Origin: a bacterium
GTDB taxonomy: Bacteria > SAR324 > XYD2-FULL-50-16
DNA length: 64,000 nucleotides
NCBI GenBank assembly: GCA_032250835.1
Contig: JAVVEA010000004.1
Coordinates: forward strand, 160,001-224,000
Direction: 5' to 3'
Made by a program: the position numbers and the translations under genes. A model generated the notes under the pieces. That model searched no databases. It saw only the letters and a program-made list of their open reading frames with translations, and was not told the origin of the DNA. Positions 57,498-64,000 of this stretch are shown piece by piece (the first letter of the stretch is position 1; each line of letters starts with the position of its first letter).

Positions 57498-58646
57498 CTA
57501 GCTGAGGGTAAGTTGGCGCGCTTGGGCAAAGCCCTGCTCACCCAAACGGGTCCACTTGGCTGCCTCAAAGCGGAATTTGGCAAAGGAGTCGTAAATTTTT
57601 TGGCTCTCTGGGTCCTGCTGGGCCACCTCGGCAACCACCGCTTGGGCCGTTTGGCCCAACTTGGTCAAGATTTGGTCGCTGAACTGACGCAGTTGGACTT
57701 TGTGTTGGGTGATCAAGGTTTCTAAGGCTTGTCCGTTGCGGGCCGTAAATTCGGCCAACATCTGGTCACGGGCGACCCGCATAGCCGCAGAGACGACGGC
57801 TTTTAAGTCGCTAGGCAGCGCTTCGAAGGTCTTTAAGTTGACCAAACACTCCATCTCCGAGCCCGGCTCGTGCCAGCCCGGTCCGTAATAGTATTTGGCG
57901 ATCTTATAAAACCCAAAGGCTAGGTCGTTGTAGGGCCCCACCCATTCGGTGGCGTCGATGGCACCGGATTGAAGGGACTGGAAGATTTCACCGCCCGGCA
58001 GGCTGACGGGCGTGCCGCCCAAACGGGCTAAGACCTCGCCCCCTAAGCCGGGCATCCGCATCTTTAACCCACTAAAGTCGGCTAGGGTATTGATCTCTTT
58101 GTTGAACCAACCGCCCATTTGGACGCCGGTGTTGCCTGCGGCAAAGGGCTTGAGCCCGAAGGGGCGGTAGAGGTCATCCCACAATTGCTGGGCCCCGCCG
58201 AAGTTGATCCAAGCGCTCATTTCCTGGGCGTTCAGGCCGAAGGGAACGGCGGTAAAAAACTGGGCCGCCGAACTCTTGCCTTTCCAGTAATAGGCCGCCC
58301 CGTGACCCAATTCGGCGGTGCCTTTAGAGACCGCTTCGAAGGTGCCGAAGGCCGGTACTAGTTCCCCTGCGCCAAAGACTTTAACCTTGATCCGCCCTCC
58401 GCTCATCTGCTCCAACAGCTCGGCTAAATAGTTGGCGCCGGTACCCAACCCAGGGAAGTTCTTGGGCCAAGTGGTGACCATCTTCCATTCTAGGGTTTTG
58501 TTGAGGTTGAGCATCGGCGCGCCGGTGGCGGCCTGGGGCGCGCATTCTTTGGATTCGCAACCGGCCAAAAGGCCCAGCGCGCCCACGGCGGCACCGGCCC
58601 CAAGCGCTTTGACTAGGGTTCTGCGTTCGAGCGGTTTCTTTTCCAT
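57498..58646 (-). CDS. dctP: TRAP substrate-binding protein (TakP-like)
   Basis: Twin-Arg-like leader; WKMVTTWP, YYWKGK, GNTGVQMGGWF, IDATEWVGP. Confidence 0.92.
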   Translation of the reverse strand: MEKKPLERRTLVKALGAGAAVGALGLLAGCESKECAPQAATGAPMLNLNKTLEWKMVTTWPKNFPGLGTGANYLAELLEQMSGGRIKVKVFGAGELVPAFGTFEAVSKGTAELGHGAAYYWKGKSSAAQFFTAVPFGLNAQEMSAWINFGGAQQLWDDLYRPFGLKPFAAGNTGVQMGGWFNKEINTLADFSGLKMRMPGLGGEVLARLGGTPVSLPGGEIFQSLQSGAIDATEWVGPYNDLAFGFYKIAKYYYGPGWHEPGSEMECLVNLKTFEALPSDLKAVVSAAMRVARDQMLAEFTARNGQALETLITQHKVQLRQFSDQILTKLGQTAQAVVAEVAQQDPESQKIYDSFAKFRFEAAKWTRLGEQGFAQARQLTLS

Positions 58647-58908
58647 AACGAGCCTTTGGGTAAGGGGTCTGGGTCCTTCGGACCGGATCATTTCGACCCA
58701 AGACTAGCCGCATTCGAGGGCCTTTGAAAAGCCCCCAAGCAATGAAGGGGCGGCAAAAAGAAACCAGCGTCGGATGCTTGGGTGAGGCAAGGCACCCCAG
58801 CCGAATAGCTAGGTTTAAAGTGCTGTTAAATTAGAAAAAGCTTTTCAGAATTTTGTGTTTTAGGTTACCTTGCCCCAAACTAATTCTCTAAATTCCTGGA
58901 GTGAAAAG

Positions 58909-59142
58909 ATGTCTACCTGGATTGCCAAGTCAGCCAGACTGACCTTTGAAGCCGGAGAAACCCGCTATTTCTGTCGCTGCGGCCAATCAAATAACCAGCC
59001 CTTTTGCGACGGCAGCCACCAAGGTAGCGGGCTCACGCCCTTGAAACATCAATTTGAAGTTGCAGGCGAATACAAAATTTGCCAATGCGGACGCTCCAAA
59101 GTCCTGCCTATTTGTGATTCTTCCCATAAAGACCGGCCTTAA
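58909..59142 (+). CDS. Tandem CDGSH iron-sulfur domain protein
   Basis: CRCGQS..QPFCDGSH and CQCGRS..LPICDSSH. Confidence 0.9.
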   Translation: MSTWIAKSARLTFEAGETRYFCRCGQSNNQPFCDGSHQGSGLTPLKHQFEVAGEYKICQCGRSKVLPICDSSHKDRP

Positions 59143-59150
59143 ACCCGTCG

Positions 59151-60834
<1,684 letters not shown>

Positions 60835-60863
<29 letters not shown>

Positions 60864-61926
60864 AGTAGAACTGGGTCCCTTGACCGGGCGTCGATTCGAC
60901 CCAAATAGGTTGGTCATGTCGGCTCAAAAACTCCTGCACCATCAACAACCCCAAGCCGGTGCCTTCCTCGCCCTGAGTCCCTGGGGTAGTGACCTGCTGG
61001 TCTAACTTGAATAACTTTGCCAGCACTTCGGGTTTCATGCCCACCCCCTGGTCTTTAACCGATACCTGCCAGCCCATTTCCACCGCTTCGGCCCCTATGC
61101 TGATCTGGCTTTGGCGGTGGCTGAATTTAAGCGCATTGGAGAGTAGGTTACGCAGGACCGTGTGCAGCATCTGGGCATCCGCAAAGACCGTCGCCTCGGC
61201 GGGAATATCCAGCGCCCAGGTGATCTCTTTGGCCTTGGCTTGTTCGTTGAGCAGGTCCACCACCTCTTGGACCAACGGGGCGAGCCCCAGTGAGCTTGGC
61301 TCAAAGGCGATGCGCCCCGTCTGGGCTCGGGCCCATTCGAGCAATTGGATCAGCAAGCGGTAGCCAGTCTTGGATGAGTGGTTGATCCCTTCAATTAGGG
61401 GCAACATTTCTTCTTTGGGCAGTTGGTCGAACTCATCGACCAAGAGGTCGCTAATACCGACCAGACCATTGAAGGGCCCTTTGAGGTCGTGGGAGATGAT
61501 CGAAAAGAAGCGGTCCTTGGCTGCGTTGGCTTCTTTTAATTGGCGCAGGGCGACGCGTAGCTTGAGGTGCGTGTTGACTCGGGCCTGGATTTCGCCGGTG
61601 TTAAAGGGCTTGGAAACATAATCCACCGCCCCGGCGGCAAAGCCCAGGGCAAGGCTTTCTTCGTCGCTTTTAGCGGTCAAGAAGATCACCGGGATGTCAG
61701 CCGTTTGGGCCTTTGCTTTGAGCTGGCGGCAGACTTCATAACCGTCCATGCCGGGCATCATCACATCCAACAAGATCAAATCCGGTTGGATGCGCTCTAC
61801 TTGCTGTAGCGCCTCGATCCCACTCTGGGCGAAGGCCAAGGGGTGTCCTTGGGAAGCCAAAGCCTGGGCGGCTAGCTGGATGTTTTGGGGGTTGTCGTCA
61901 ACAATCAAGATCGGCGGTTGGCTCAT
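60835..61926 (-). CDS. Receiver-histidine kinase hybrid
   Basis: IVDDN, LDVMMP, SHDLKGP, NLLSNALKF, GTGLGL. Confidence 0.92.
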
Positions 61927-62336
61927 GCAGTTTTTTGGGGCTCAAAACCCATTTGGTCCAATAGCCGGTACACCGTCGTTTCTTTGTAGGGTTTGGTGAG
62001 GTAGTGGCGCGCGCCGGCTTCGAGGCTCGCTTGGATGTCCGGCCCATCTCGAAGTGCGGAGACCATCACCACCTCAACCCCCTTTTCGACCTGTTGCTGC
62101 ATTTCCCAGTCCCGAATCTTCTCTAGCACCTGGTTTCCCGTCATGCCCGGCATCATTACGTCCAAGAAGATCACATCCGCCGGCTTCCCTTGCTGGTAAA
62201 GCTCCGTGAATTGGTTGATGGCGTCGAAGCCGTCTACCGCAAAAAAACATTCCCCATAGCCGCGTAACAAATGCTCCAACAAGGATCGGTTGATCGTGTT
62301 GTCATCTACAATCAAAAAGCGTGGGGGCTGGGACAT
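61923..62336 (-). CDS. Response regulator (receiver only)
   Basis: IVDDN, FLDVMMP, YLTKP. Confidence 0.9.
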   Translation of the reverse strand: MSQPPRFLIVDDNTINRSLLEHLLRGYGECFFAVDGFDAINQFTELYQQGKPADVIFLDVMMPGMTGNQVLEKIRDWEMQQQVEKGVEVVMVSALRDGPDIQASLEAGARHYLTKPYKETTVYRLLDQMGFEPQKTA

Positions 62337-62408
62337 ATTGAGTATCTTAAGATTGTGGTTTTATAACCCACAACCTAACAGACCTAGACGGTCCTGTTAA
62401 GAGTCAAA

Positions 62409-64000
62409 TTAGAGGAAACTACGTAATCCCCGCACTAGTTTGGGGTAGGCGTTGAGGCTTAACTGGATTCCCGCTAAATCAAAGGATTTGGCTTGGTCGA
62501 GCATTTGACGGCCCAGTCGGGCTAAGGGCTCGACCGAAAACTGCTGCCCTAGTCCTTCTAAGAGGGCCCCGAAGGTTTCGATCTCGCCGAAGAGCTTGTT
62601 GGACTCCACTTGGACGTAGCGGGCCATCAAGGGGCCTTCGAGTTGCTCCACCAAAACACCCAAGCGACCAAAGGCGGCGGGGTCCAATTCGCTTTGCTCG
62701 GCTGCTGCTTCTGGTGCGGTCACCTGGTCCGGTAGCGGGTCCACAAAGCGGGCGATCTCTCGGGCCAGCCGGTCACGGTCCACCGGCTTGAGCAGAATAC
62801 CGGCAAAACCCAAATGCGATAAGTCTTCTTCGGGCGCACCCAAGTTTGAGGCGGTCACCGCCACCACCGGGATCGATGCCCAGCGTGGGTCTCCCTTGAG
62901 ACGCGCCATTAGCTTACGCCCGTCCAACCGGGGCATTTTGATGTCCGTTAAGATCAGGTCCGGCTTTTGGGCCTCGATCTTCTCCAACGCTTCGATTCCG
63001 TCTACGGCGGTTTCCAGCAGTAAGCCCGAATCACGGAAAAATTCGGCGATCAATTCGCGGATTTCTAGGTTGTCTTCGACCAGCAGCAACCTTGCAGCCA
63101 CAAATTTCTGGGGTGCTGGGGCCAGAGAAGAGGCCAAGGACCTACCACCTTGGACTAGCTTGATCCCCGGCAAGTGGACCGTAAAGGCAGAGCCTTGGCC
63201 TAATTGGCTGACCACGCTGATTTCGCCGCCCATCATCTGCACCAGCTTTTGGCTGATCGCTAGCCCTAAGCCGGTGCCGCCGTATTTTTTGGTGGACTGT
63301 CCTTCTTGCTGGGTGAAGTCGTCAAAGATGCTTTGCAGCGCTTCGGGTACGATGCCCACCCCGGTGTCTTCAATGCGGATCGTCAGGTCCACCGTCTCGC
63401 CGTCGGAGTTGCGCTCCGGAGCGGCCAAAATGCGGATCTCCCCGGCTTCGGTGAATTTGATGGCGTTGCCGATCAGGTTAACCAAAATCTGCCGCAGCCG
63501 GATTTCGTCGAGCAGCAACGCTTCGGGCAAGCGTCGGTCCACCAGCTTGACCAACCGCAAGCCTTTCTGCTCGCTACTCAACTGGAATACCGAGACCACC
63601 TCGCCGATCAAGTCGCTCAGATGGGTCGGGGTGGACTCAAGCCGCATCTTTCCGGCTTCGATTTTCGACAGGTCAAGGATGTCGTTGATCAGGGTCAACA
63701 GACCTTTTCCCGCTGATTTGACGGAGTTCAGGTAGCCCCGCTGGCGCGGATCGTCGATCAGGCCGTCTAAGATTTCGGTATAGCCCAGCACCGCATTCAG
63801 GGGGGTGCGGATTTCGTGGCTCATGTTGGCTAAGAAGTCGCTCTTGGCGCGGTTCGCCGCTTCGGCGGTTTGTTTGGCGCTGAACAACTCGCGGGCCTGT
63901 TGCTTGCGTTCGGTGATGTCTTCTTGGATGCCGAGGAAGTTGAGCAGCTCGCCGGATTCGCTTAAGACCGGTGAGATGCTGGCGATGGCCCAGTAGCTGC
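62409..64000 (-). CDS. PAS hybrid histidine kinase (5' end beyond window)
   Basis: Frame stays open to the window edge (..ISPV..GIQEDITERK PAC motif); FLANMSHEIRTP, GGTGLGL, receiver. Confidence 0.92.
   Translation of the reverse strand, partial: SYWAIASISPVLSESGELLNFLGIQEDITERKQQARELFSAKQTAEAANRAKSDFLANMSHEIRTPLNAVLGYTEILDGLIDDPRQRGYLNSVKSAGKGLLTLINDILDLSKIEAGKMRLESTPTHLSDLIGEVVSVFQLSSEQKGLRLVKLVDRRLPEALLLDEIRLRQILVNLIGNAIKFTEAGEIRILAAPERNSDGETVDLTIRIEDTGVGIVPEALQSIFDDFTQQEGQSTKKYGGTGLGLAISQKLVQMMGGEISVVSQLGQGSAFTVHLPGIKLVQGGRSLASSLAPAPQKFVAARLLLVEDNLEIRELIAEFFRDSGLLLETAVDGIEALEKIEAQKPDLILTDIKMPRLDGRKLMARLKGDPRWASIPVVAVTASNLGAPEEDLSHLGFAGILLKPVDRDRLAREIARFVDPLPDQVTAPEAAAEQSELDPAAFGRLGVLVEQLEGPLMARYVQVESNKLFGEIETFGALLEGLGQQFSVEPLARLGRQMLDQAKSFDLAGIQLSLNAYPKLVRGLRSFL

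Noticed and set aside
62788-63735. Long antisense or alternative-frame ORFs (also 52589-53248, 31793-32608, 3718-4518)
   Set aside because: They shadow well-supported genes in GC-rich DNA and show no recognisable motifs

Overview
GC-rich bacterial chromosomal window. 1-5.3 kb: accessory region with a PEGA-domain gene, two DUF1566/Lcl (CLec-fold) genes, two unknown ORFs, a train of hairpins and a ParDE-type toxin-antitoxin pair. The last ~140 nt of the two DUF1566 genes are colinear and differ almost only at codon positions 1-2 of NNC codons. This is the pattern expected of two variable regions of a diversity-generating retroelement (DGR); I found no template repeat or reverse transcriptase in the window. 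5.7-33 kb: Mo-nitrogenase cluster (nifO/draB-like, nitroreductase, draT, nifB-T-V, nifA, nifL-like, nifZ, nifW, nifHDKENX, fdx, draG, nifQ, rhodanese-NifU) with readable NifA UAS, sigma54 and IHF sites. A complete respiratory arsenate reductase operon (arrC-A-B-D) interrupts the cluster, and two + strand nif operons end in tandem structured repeats. 33-46 kb: Wzz-like protein, TetR/DHFR pair, orphan fliM, and a 7.4-kb block (OmpA, two DUF3494 ice-binding lipoproteins, Crp/Fnr) bracketed by a 387-bp near-perfect direct repeat. 46-64 kb: CZB protein, pyruvate kinase, many two-component genes, dihaem cytochrome c, MCP-hemerythrin, TRAP transporter and a CDGSH protein. All assignments come from motifs recognised by eye; no searches were run.
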